Below, piece after piece: positions 1 to 11,309 of a stretch of 64,000 nucleotides of DNA (position 1 is its first letter; every line of letters begins with the position of its first letter). A program made the position numbers and the translations under genes. The notes under the pieces were generated by a model. That model was given only the letters and a program-made list of their open reading frames with translations, made no database searches and was not told the origin of the DNA. Origin of the DNA: Mobula hypostoma (taxonomy: Eukaryota); the NCBI RefSeq assembly GCF_963921235.1, contig NC_086097.1, positions 154,382,001 to 154,446,000 on the forward strand, read 5' to 3'.

Positions 1-1245
1 ATTTTTTGAAGATCTTACTCGGAAAGTTGACGAGGGTAAAGCGGTGGATGTTGTCTATATGGACTTCAGTAAGGCCTTTGACAAGGTTCCACACGGAAGT
101 TTAGTTAGGAAGGTTCAATCGTTAGGAATTAATATCGAAGTAGTAAAACGGATTCAGCAGTGGCTGGATGGGAGACGCCAGAGAGTATGGTGGATAACTG
201 TTTGTCAGATTGGAGGCCGGTGTCTAGTGGTGTGCCTCAGGGATCTGTACTGGGTCCAATGTTGTTTGCCATATATATTAATGATCTAGGTGATGGGGTG
301 GTAAATTGGATTAGTAAGTATGCATATGATACTTAGATAGGTGGAGTTGTGCATAATGAAGTAGGTTTTCAAAGCTTGCAGAGAGATTTAGGCCAGTTAG
401 AAGAGTGGGCTGAAAGATGGCAGATGGAGTTTAATGCTGATAAATTTGAGGTGCTACATTTTGGTAGGACTAATCAAAATAGAACATACAGGTTAAATGG
501 TAGGGCACTGAAGAATGCAATAGAACAGAGGGATCTAGGAATAATGGTGCATAGTTCCCTGAAGGTAGAATTTCATGTGGATAGGGTGGGGAAGAAAGCT
601 TTTGGTATGCTGGCCTTGATAAATCAGAGCGTTGAGTATAGGAGTTACGATATAATGTTGAAATTGTACAAGGCATTGGTAAGGCCAAATTTGGAGTACT
701 GTGTAGAGTTCTGGTCATCGAATTATAGGAAAGATGTCAACAAAATTGAGAGAGTACAGAGGTGATTTACAAGAATGTTGCCTGGGTTTCATTTCCTAAG
801 TTACAGAGAAAGGTTGAACAAGTTGGGTCTTTATTCTTTGGAGCGTAGAAGGTTGAGGGGGGACTTGATAGAGGTATTTAAAATTATGAGGGGAATCGAT
901 AGAGTTGATGTGGATAGGCTTTTTCCATTGAGAGTGGGGGAGATTCAAACAAGTGGACATGAGTTGAGAGTTAAAGGGCAAAAGTTTAGGGGTAACATGA
1001 GGGGGAACTTCTTTACTCAGAGAGTGGTGGCTGTGTCGAATGAGCTTCCAGCAGAAGTGGCTGAGGCAGGTTCGATGTTGTCATTTAAAGTTAAATTGGA
1101 TAGCTATATGGACAGGAAAGGAATGGAGGGTTATGGGCTGAGTGCAGGTCGGTGGGACTAGGTGAGAGTAAGAGATCAGCACGGACTAGAAGGGCCAAGA
1201 TGGCCTGTTTCCGTGCTGTAATTGTTTTATGGTTATATATAGTTA
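1..1245 (+). mobile_element. CR1 LINE, 3' part (RT to 3' UTR), disrupted
   Basis: ORFs 44-1161 give DVVYMDFSKAFDKVPH, W..RWQMEFN..K and LYKALVRPNLEYC across stops and frameshifts. The CR1-type 3' end is ggccaagatggcctgtttccgtgctgta followed by a short repeat tail. Confidence 0.95.
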
Positions 1246-2619
1246 TTCTAAAAGGATTCTGATAATTTAGCACACACAGATGCTTTCAGTGAAAAATCTA
1301 TTTCTTGGAAGTTCTCTCTGAAATGCATTTGGTTAACTTTTCCCTTTACTTTCAATTGCAGTTAGTGTTGAAAATTGATCAGCAAGATGAGGACATTTTG
1401 TGCAAAGACAAGATACTCTGTTTGACCAGGGTTTCATACATCTGTGCCACTTCTGATTTCTGTTGAAAAAAGATGGCAATGAAATACTGAAGACAATCAT
1501 TGTGGTTCCCGTTTTCTAAAGAAAAGAATGCTCTTATCTGTTTACTACATTCTCCCATTCTTTCTCATTTCTTTTCACTTTGTATTCCTCCTCCATCTAC
1601 TAACTCAATTCAGCCCCAAAGTCACAATATCAGAAAAGTGATTCACCAGTAAATATACAAAGATTTTATGTGCAAAGCTGAGAGCAAAATTATTCTCCAA
1701 AAACACTTAGATTTTCACCACTTTCTATGTAGCTGGTTACCTAAATATCACATCAAACTAAAGGTAGCAGATATAATTTCAGAAATGTTTTAGGTAGTCT
1801 ATAGCAGTCAGCCTCGGTGATCATAAATAGGTTCAACAGCCATCTATTTCTTTGAATGATGATTAAAGCTTGCAGGTGCTATTCTTTAGCAATGAAAGAG
1901 ATGCCATACTATTATGTCATTAACAGCCTCTCAAACATTTTGGCACTGGTGTGCAAGGTCACAAGAAAGTCATGTACACAGCAATGAAATTACTTTAGAG
2001 CAGATCAGGGTCTCTCATTGGTTGCTACTTAACAACAACTGCCCTATCTGAAGGCACTAGGAACGTTCAATCTGCTGTAGTACAAGCAAGAAACATGAAG
2101 GATACTGGATATATATAACCAAATTTCTCACCTTTAATTCAATGCCCTTTGCAAACTCATCCTTATTTGGGACCATGAGAAATAAGAAAGAAATCAAGCC
2201 ATTATTCAGCCCACTGTGTCTGTACTGCCCTATCTGATACCATCTGCCCATCTAATCCTCCCCATCTAGTTCCAGCCAGCACCCACCAGCCTCTATTCCA
2301 ACCTGCTTTCATACTACTATATACTGGCAAACATTTCTATTCCCTCTCAACCCAAATTATTACTTACACCTTTTGCCTCAACTGAGTTCTTCCAGCATTT
2401 ATTTGTTGTTCCGGGTTTTGCCATCTTCAGCCTGTTTTCTGTTATATACATAGCGTAGGTGAGGGAGAATGTAATGGCCAGCAATCAATGGCCTGCTGAA
2501 ATACAACATTTAGGTTCACAGATAAGGAAAGAAGGGCAAATGCTCTGGTGTTGCATTGCCAATAGGGTGCAGAATGCAATAGGAGACCATAATCTTTGGG
2601 AGAGGCAATGTTGACTTCA

Positions 2620-2880
2620 TTGATGTTGTGGTGTTTGCCAAGCTTGGCAATGAACTTGCACATGTTTCATCACCAGTCGGGTGACATCCTTAGTTCGCAG
2701 TTGGTGCTGTTTCTCTCCGGGCATGCTCATGTTTACATAACCCGCCCTTTTCGCTTGCCTCAGTCCTGATTGGCTATTCCTTCAGTTGACCTTTGAATTC
2801 TATTAGCTCACGTTTCTTTGGCTCTAAGGGGTTCATAGATAGCATCTATTTCAATATGTTTGTTTACGAAGACATCAGAA
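2620..2880 (-). mobile_element. Penelope-like element 3' remnant (endonuclease C-terminus plus terminal repeat with a decayed hammerhead-like motif)
   Basis: The minus strand translates to VNKHIEIDAIYEPLRAKET*, then carries ccaatcagg and ctaagga-t-gtcacc-cgact-ggtgat-gaaac. Confidence 0.6.
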
Positions 2881-4239
2881 GATGTTGACTTCTCCAGCAA
2901 AACAGAATTTATCCTACTGTATCCGCATTATTCAATATTTATCTCACTGAAAGCCAAGAGGGTGAAATCTGTAAGCATATGTCTTACACTTTCATCTTGG
3001 CTTCTACAATTTGCTTTGTATTCTGTTTAAACTTGGGAAATGTACCCATCTTTCCTGGAAAAGTCTACCCATCCGCTCAGCAGTAAAGTTTCTAGATGCA
3101 GAAATTGCTTTGACATTGTCTGTCTGCATTTCTCCAATAGTCTCTCCAGTTTAAAAAAAATGGCTAGATTCTAGATGAAAAATTGTAAAAGGTAAATATA
3201 ACAACAAACCAGCCAAATATAATGATCACTTAGAGGGCATAAACAACACATTACTGAAACAGCATTGTACTGGCTTCAGGATTGCTTGCAGCCACAATAT
3301 AATGAAATGATTATGCGTAGGCATTCTATAAGCAATGGGTTATCACAGTTTTACCCTTTGTGTTTGCTTTAAGAATGCAGTGATTCTCAGAATTTTAGCA
3401 AACAAGGCTCCTATTCTTTTTTTTAGAGGTAACATGGTGAAACAGAAAACAGATGAATGGTGTTGAATAAGAAATCAGGCTCGGAGGATGGGAGAACATT
3501 CTTTCCACCCTAATACTATTCCAGGGCAGGCAACAACTGTGTAAAGAAGAAAAAGATCGAACCTTTCAGGATTGAAGATTCTTTGTCACTAATTGAAAAA
3601 TGGGATAACAAACCCTCTTGGATATCTCCTTTGCCCCATTCATCCCTCCCACTCCCCCACCCCTCAACAACTGAAGCCTAAATTGATTTCTCACTATTGC
3701 AGTGCTATCAAAGAGTTCATAACCTGAAGTTTAAGTTTAAGTTTATTGTCATAGGCATTAATACACTGGGTATAAATGCTTTTTTTGCAGCAGCACAGTA
3801 CATTACAAAATGACAAACCTAAGATAACATACTTGTAAGCAACACTCAAAGCACAGGAGGAACACCAAGGAGTTGAGGGTTGCGACCCTTCCTCTGGACT
3901 GAATCAAAATGTTGACTGTCCACATTCTTCCATAGATGTTACCAGACTCACTGGGCTCCTCTAGCACCACATATGTTGTTCCAGATTCCAATATCTTGTC
4001 TCTTATGTCTCCATAAGTTAACATAAATTATACATAACATACATAATTAAATAGTTATATATATTTATTTTAATTTATTGCATCTTTGTATGTATTACAC
4101 TGCATTGCTGCCACAAAACGCAAATATCACAAAATACAGTTTGTCAGTAATATTAAATTAATTCTGATGTTTAAAGAGAGCATTTCAGAGCGTATTTCTT
4201 CCCAGTGCTGTTGTTTTGTAGACATCAGCATTGGGAAGA

Positions 4240-5046
4240 AGCGCAAGATTTCATAAATCAGGAATCTTTGTATACATTATACTGTTCACTTATAGTCCCA
4301 TACATGACTTACTGTGTAGAGGTATGGGGAAATACATACAAAACAAATACAAACTCAATGTTTCTACTCCAAAAGAAAGTCATACAAATTATAAATAAGA
4401 CAAGTTATTTTGAGCCAACCAATCCACTATTTATTCAACTAAACACTTTAAAATTCAGAGATTTTGTAGATTTTAAAATAATACAGATTATATATAAAGT
4501 AAAAAATGGGCAGCAACCACAAAGAATCCAAAGGTTGTTTAAAATGAGAGAAAATCAACATGATTTCAGAGGAACATGTATATTCCAAAAACAAAGGATA
4601 AGAACAAATGTAAAGCATCATTGTATCTCCGTCAGAGGGGTGAACCTATGGAACAAGTTGTAGTGAGAATTTACAACCATAAAAACATGTTTAAAAATAT
4701 ATAACAAGTTTAAAAAAATTATTTTAAAATAATTTAATGAACCAATATAAAATACATGATTTAAAATGAATGGGAGTAATGTAAATAAATGGTACTTGGA
4801 ATTGGAGTTTGTGTTAAAAGTTTATGAAATTTTTTGTTTTGATGTGATGATTGATGTGAAATGTGTTGTTGTATAAGTACAGGGGCAGGTGTAATAAGCT
4901 GTAGCTTCAGCCTACACCCTTTCGGTCTGTTTTAAAGAATATCTATGTTTTTTTGCTGTAATTTTGTTCTATGAAATCATCATTGAAAATGATGCTTTTT
5001 ATTATGTTTGTACTGAATGAAATAAATTTCATTCATTCATTCATTC
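4240..5046 (+). mobile_element. Crack/L2-group LINE, 5'-truncated 3' end
   Basis: ORF 4205-4663 (LYCSLIVPYMTYCVEVWG...LQKKVIQII...GVNLWNKL), an AT-rich 3' UTR with a stem-loop near 4880-4925, aataaa and a (TTCA)n tail. Confidence 0.8.
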
Positions 5047-5049
5047 AAA

Positions 5050-5181
5050 ATAACAACTGAGCCTCTTGACCTTGTCTGCATGCTTTTATGCATTGACTTG
5101 CTTCCACATGGTTGGCTGTTAAGATATTTGCATTAACGAGCAGACATATAGGTATACCTAACAAAGAGGCAACTGAGTGTA
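5050..5181. mobile_element. Tc1-like non-autonomous DNA transposon terminus
   Basis: Ends cctaacaaagaggcaactgagtg followed by TA, resembling the reverse complement of the Tc1-type terminus cactcagtggccactttattagg. Confidence 0.55.
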
Positions 5182-5769
5182 TATAGCACACTGCCTAAAT
5201 GATCATTAAATTATCACCAGAGGCAAGTGTTTCTTAAGTGTTCCAGAAGAAATGTGATAACATTGCTAACAGTGAACATTTCCACAGGTAAAATAGAACA
5301 AATTAATCAATATGCAGTGTCAGTAAGTGCTAGACTGCAACCTCATGCCTTTCATTCTGCTTTTTGTATCATGATAACAGAATAAGGTCAATTCAATTTC
5401 AGGCTGCAATTTTGTGGTGTTATATATTCGTTCCCCCATTTTCTCCTTTTGTTTTTATCAGGATACAGATTAATGATTTTTCCCAACTGAATAGTGTTTC
5501 AGAAAGCAGCTTTCTCTCTTGAAATTATTACCCATGTACTGAAGCACGATTCTTGAAAGCAATTAGATCATGAAGAACCATAAATAAGATTGGAAGAAGT
5601 CGGATTTGGCATGCACACAAAATGGCACACTCAAGCACATTTAATTTTGCAGAAACTATTGGCAGCAGTCTTAGATAGACCTATTTGGATTTTATTCACC
5701 CTAATCCTCAAGCCAGCACAACTTTGTAAACCACTTCCCCAAGGTGCTCATATTCTATGTACCTTCAGT

Positions 5770-7090
5770 GGAGAGCGGTGATAGAGAGAATCCACAGCTT
5801 TACGTTCCTGGGCATTAACACATCGGATCATTTGTACTGGGTCCAGCACACTGAGGCAATCACAAGGAAGGCGGGCCAGCATCTCTACTTTCTTATAAGG
5901 TTAAGAAGGTTCAGCATGTCTCCAAACTTCTGCAGGTATATTGTTGAAAGTATCCTGTCTGGTTGCATAATGGTCTCAAATAGCAAATTGGCAGCGCATG
6001 TGAATGCAACGGCCTCTTCGGAACCAACCAAAGGTGCTTTTTTCTTTGTAAAATTTGTGTTTTTACAATCCAAAGACAAGTCTACTCCAGCAACATAGGG
6101 TACTGCAGGGCTACACCATCAATGAGCTGCTCGTTGATTGGAGTAGCTGGACTGATGTCAGCAGCAGAGTCAGCCCAGGTACCGGAGGAGCAAGTCAGAA
6201 TCTCTGAGGAGCCCATTGGGACATCGGAGAAGCCAGTCGGGATAGCAGAGGAGTCAGTCGCGATGTCAGAGGAGCTGGTTTGGGTTCAGAGAAGCTCACC
6301 TGACTGCAGAACATGTTGTTGCCTGCTACTCGGAAGCCTCAAAGTTGGTGGAGTCTAACTGTGGGAGATGGTCTTGCTGCAGGCCTGTTACTCTTGTGTG
6401 GTGGAGGGACATTTGACATGGGAGCTATGCAGCCTCTGTTGTAGTGAGAGCTAGGCCTCAAGCCTTGGGCTTGCCTGCTGCTGCAGACCAGGTGAGAGAT
6501 GCGGAAGCACTACAGCGTGGTTGAGCTTGGCTAGGGCCTGGCCTCTTCCCATGTGCTGGGCTCCCGTGTTTGAGTGGTGGATTGCCAGGCTGGCTTAAGC
6601 AAGTCTGTACACTGCTGGTGGACTGTAACATCGATTGCTGGACATTGTTGCTCAGGGTCTTGGACTATATATGTTGTTTTGAATAAATATGCTTCTCTGG
6701 TCAATATCTTGAATTATGTTACTCACTATTTTGGAATGTTTGCTTGCTATTTTGAACGTTTTGCACCTTGGCCCCAGAAGAACACTGTCTCATTCAGCTG
6801 TATCCATACTGTATATGGTTTGAATAATAAATAAACTTGATTTGATTTGGAATGTGCAGGAATGTAAGGAACTGCAAAAATTAATGGACTTGGGCCAATA
6901 TATCATGCACATATTTCCTCCCCACCACTGAAAGTATCTATATGAGATACTGCCGCAAAAAAGTACATCTATCATCAAAGAAAAACCCCACCATCCAGGC
7001 CATGCCATCTTCTCATAGCTACCATCGAGCAGGAAGTACAGAAGACTGAAGTTCCACAACAGTTTCAAGAATAGTGACTTCCCTTCAACC
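5770..7090 (+). mobile_element. Rex1/Babar LINE 3' fragment, interrupted at about 5978-6848
   Basis: ERIHSFTFLGI..SDHLYW..H...I..KA.Q.LYFL.RLRRF...IVESILSGCI; homology resumes at about 6849 and includes the HHPGHAIFS motif (caccatccaggccatgccatcttctca). Confidence 0.8.
5978..6848 (+). mobile_element. Non-autonomous retroelement nested in Rex1, with an internal 21-bp tandem array
   Basis: Interrupts Rex1 homology and ends aataaataaacttgatttgatttg. About six degenerate 21-bp units lie at 6167-6292. Confidence 0.55.
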
Positions 7091-7099
7091 CAAGAGATT

Positions 7100-7710
7100 T
7101 TACAAACGCTGGAAATCCTGAGCAACATACACAAAATGCCAGAGGAACAAGGCAGTCAGGCAATGGAAGGGAATTAACTGCCGGCATTTACTGTACAGCT
7201 GGGATCCTTCATCAGAACTGGAAAGGAAGGGGAAGCAGCAAGAGTACGAAGGTGGGGGGAGGAGAAGGGATGCAACCTGGCAGGTGACAGGTGAGATTAG
7301 TTGGGGGAAAAGGTGTGTAGGGGAAGGGGTAAGAAGTAGGAAGCTGAGAGGAGATAGGTGGAAAACATTAAAGGCTGAAGAAGGAATATAATAGGAGAGA
7401 ATCATGGACATGGAAGAAAGAGCAGGAGTAGGGAAAACAGGAAGGTGATGGATGATGAGAAAGGAAGTGAGAGGATAACCAGAATGGGCTGTAGAAAAAG
7501 AGAGAAGGAGGGAGGGAGGAGACTTTACCAGTGTGAGTTTGGCCTCTTTATAGCAGTAGAGTAAGCCGTGGACAGACAGTCAGAATGGGAAGTCAAACTG
7601 AAATGGTAGCCACTGGGAGATCTTGCCTTTTGCGGCAGACAGACTGAAGGTGCTCGACAAAGCAGTTTCCCAATCTGTGTCAGGTTTCGCCGCCGTAGAC
7701 GAGGCTACAC
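7100..7710 (-). mobile_element. Decayed Neptune-type Penelope 3' fragment
   Basis: Colinear similarity to 17986-18660: caacatacacaaaatgc...ggaac terminus, purine-rich stretch, gccactgggagatc. Confidence 0.75.
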
Positions 7711-7736
7711 TGCGATCTCCAGATTGCTACACAAAG

Positions 7737-8113
7737 TGTTTTCAAACTCCAGAAACTAATCAAAAGAGAAACACAGGAGTCAAGATATTTGTCTCCTTAG
7801 CTTTTCTTTCCTTTTCTTTTATTGAGGCATTGACATATGATGTGGTGGCAGAATGACGTATGCCATTTACATATGACCATAATGAATTATGTAAACTAAC
7901 AAAGAATGCTCAAACAATGGATGTACAATATTAGTGGAATATTAAATACACTCCCTGCTTAGAAACTAACTGCAACTCAATACAGAACGCATCTCAACTC
8001 AAATATGTAACATCCGGACCACCAGACAAAGCTTTCAGCTAGCACATTCATTTTGACCAGGCCCACAGCAAATGACCAGCTTGTAGCTCCTCCAACACTT
8101 CAGCTCTCAGCTT
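7737..8113 (-). mobile_element. Gypsy-type LTR element remnant: integrase N-terminus, PPT-like tract and 3' LTR (7737-7950)
   Basis: The minus strand at 8113-8015 gives KLRAEVLEELQAGH..LVKMNVLAESFVWW. aagcagggag (7951-7960) precedes a TG...CA-bounded ~215-bp segment containing aataaa. Confidence 0.7.
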
Positions 8114-10520
8114 AGATAGAAACATAGAAACTTAGAAAAAATACAGCACAATACAGGCCCTTCAGCCCACAAAGCTGTGCCGAACATGTCCCTACCTGCC
8201 TCCACCACCAACGTCGGCAGCCCATTCCACACACTCGCCATTCTCTGCGTAAAAAACATACCCCTGACAACTGCTCTGTATCTACACGCATGCATGTTAA
8301 AACTATGCCTTCTAGTGCTAACCATTTCAGCCCTGGGGAAAAGCCTCTGACTACCCACACGATCAATGCCTCTCGTCATCTTATACACCTCTATCAGGTC
8401 ACCTCTCACCCTCGATCGCTCCAAGGAGAAAAGGCCGAGTTCACTCAACCTATTCTCATAAGGCATGCTCCCCAATCCAGGCAACATCCTTGTAAATCTC
8501 CTCTGCACCCTTTCTATAGTTTCCACGTCCTTCCTGTAGTGAGGCGAACACAATTGAGCACAGTACTCCATGTGGGATTTTACCAGGGTCCTATATAGCT
8601 GCAACGTTACCTCTCTGCTCTTAAACTCAATCCCATGATTGTTGAAGGCCAATGCACCGTATGCTTTCTTAACCACACAGTCAACCTGCGCAGCAGCTTT
8701 GAGTGTCCTATGGACTCGAACTCCAAGATCCCTCTGATCCTCCACACTGCCAACAGTCTTACCATTAATGCTATATTCTGCCATTATATTTGACCTACCA
8801 AAATGAACCACCTCACACTTATCTGGGTTGAACTCCATCTGCCACTTCTCAGCTCAGTTTTGCATCCTATCAATGTTCCACTGTAACCTCTGGCAGCCCT
8901 CCACACTATCCACAACACCCCCAACCTTTGTGTCATCAGCAAATTTACTAACTCATCTCTCCACTTCTTCATCCAGGTCATTTATAAAAATCACAAACAG
9001 TAGGGGTCCCAGATCAGATCCATGAGACACACCACTGGTCACCAGCCTCCATGAAGAATATGACCCATCTACAACCACTCTTTACCTTCTGTGGGCAAGC
9101 CAGTTCTAGATCCACAAAGCAATGTCCTCTTGGATCCCATGCCTTCTTACTTTCTCAATAAGCCTTGCATGGGATACCTTATCAAATGCCTTGCTAAAAT
9201 CCATATACACTACATCTACGACCTCTACCTTCATCAATGTGTTTAGTCACATCCTCAAAAAATTCAATCAGGCTCGTAAGGCACGACCTGCCTTTGACAA
9301 AGCCATGCTGACTATCCCTAATCATATTATGCCTCTCCAAATGTTCATAAATCCTGCCTCTCAGGATCTTCTCCATCAACTTACCAACCACTGAAGTAAG
9401 ACTCACTAGCCTATAATTTCCTGGGCTATTCTTACTCCCTTTCTTGAATAAGGGAACAACATCCGCAACCCTCCAATCCTCCAGAACCTCTCCCGTCCCC
9501 ATTGACGATGCAAAGATCATTGCCAGCGGCTCAGCAATCTCCTCCCTTGCTTCCCACAGTAGCCTGGAGTACATCCCGTCCGGTCTCGGTGACATATCCA
9601 ACTTGGTGCTTTTCAAAAGCTCCAGCACATCCTCTTCCCTAGTATCTACATTCTCAAGCTATTCAGTCCACTGCAAGACATCCCTACAATCACCAAGATC
9701 CTTTTCCGTAGTGAATACTAAAGCAACGTATTCATTAAGTACCTCTGCTAATTCGTCCAGTTCCATACACACTTTTCCACTGTCACACTTGATTGGTCCT
9801 ATTCTCTCACATTTTATCCTCTTGCTCTTCACATACTTGTAGAATGCCTTGGGGTTTTCCTTAATCCTGTCCGCCAATGCCTTTTCATGTCCCCTTCTGG
9901 CTCTCCGAATTTCATTCTTAAGCTCCTTCCCGCTAGCTATATTCCTATCATTACCTAGTTTTTTGAACTTTTCGTAAGCTCTTCTTTTCTTCTTGACTAG
10001 ATTTACAACAGCCTTTGTACCCCATGGATCTTGCACCCTATCATCCTTTCCATGTCTCATTGGAAAGTACCTACTCGGAACGCCACGCAAATATCCCTTG
10101 AACATTTGCCACATTTCTTCCATACATTTTCTTGAGAATATCTGTTTCCAATTTATGCTTCCAAGTTCCTGCCTGATCGCCTCAAACTTCCCCTTACTCC
10201 AATTAAACATTTCCCTAACTTGTCTGTTCCTATCCCTCTCCAATGCTATGGTAAAGGAGATAGAGTTGTAATCACTATCTCCAAAATGCTCTCCCACTGA
10301 AAGACCTGACACTTGACCAGATTCATTTCCCAATACCAGATCAAGTACAGCCTCTCCTCTTGTAGGCTTATCTATATATTGTGTCAAGAAACCTTCCTGA
10401 ACATACCTAACAAACTTTACCCAATCTAAACTCCTCACTCTAGGGAGATGCCAATCAATATTTGGGAAATAAAAATCTCCCACCACAACAACCCTGTTAT
10501 TATTTCTCTTTTCCAGAATC
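8114..10520 (-). mobile_element. CR1 LINE (endonuclease end through RT to 3' end), inserted into the Gypsy element
   Basis: ORFs 9659-10486 (VGDFYFPNIDW, PTRGEAVLDLVL, SDYN), 9194-9628 and 8107-8838. A (TTTCTATG)-type tail lies at about 8115-8137. Confidence 0.95.
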
Positions 10521-11309
10521 AGCTCTCCATCCCCACCTCAGGTAATCCCCATCAAGGGTAAGTTCATCTCAGCAATGGTAAAAATGGGAGAACTGGAATT
10601 TATGCTGCACATTCTAGCCATGTTGGGTTGCCATGTAGACCTGAAACAGTGTGGGGTGTTTTCTGGTTTCTCTTTACATCATCTATGCACTGATGAGATT
10701 TTCAATGTCCACTCAGGAGAATACATCAAGGGATGTATCCTCTTTTGTAAATGTTTCAGGAATTTCCTTTTCCAAGTGTAAACAGGCAATCTATCGACAT
10801 TTTGATGATTCGTTGTCCCCTTGAATTTGATATTATAATTGTGTCTTCCAAGAAACAGAGCCCATCTCTGCACTTGTGCTGTAGCTGTTAATGGAACACC
10901 CTTCTGTGGATTGAAAATGGATACTAGTGGTTGATGAAGAGTAATGACGGTAAATTCTCTCCCATAAAGGTACTGATTGAAACATTTTACACTCCGAACC
11001 AGACTCAAGGCCTCTGTCAATCTGTGCGTATTTTTTCTCTGCCGTGATAAGGGAACATGATGCAAAGACTATGTTCACTTCCATCACTCAGAACATATGA
11101 CATGACTGCATCACAAGAAAGCTTTGCTGATGATGTGGATAACAATGTGTGAGTACAGCGTCTAACATCGCCATTTCCTTTATCTTTTGGAAAGCCACTT
11201 CACACTGCTTTATCCATTACTATTTCTTCTCAATCTGTAGTAATTAATTCAAGGGATGGAGCACAGTAGCCTGTTTTTTTTTCAGGAACCTGTTATAGTA
11301 ATTGATAAC
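10521..11309 (-). mobile_element. Gypsy-type pol fragment (RT end, RNase H, pre-integrase region)
   Basis: AEKKYAQID, EALSLV..VK.FNQYLYGREFT, HQPLVSIF and QRWALFL motifs. The frame continues into 8113-8015 across the CR1 insertion. Confidence 0.9.
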
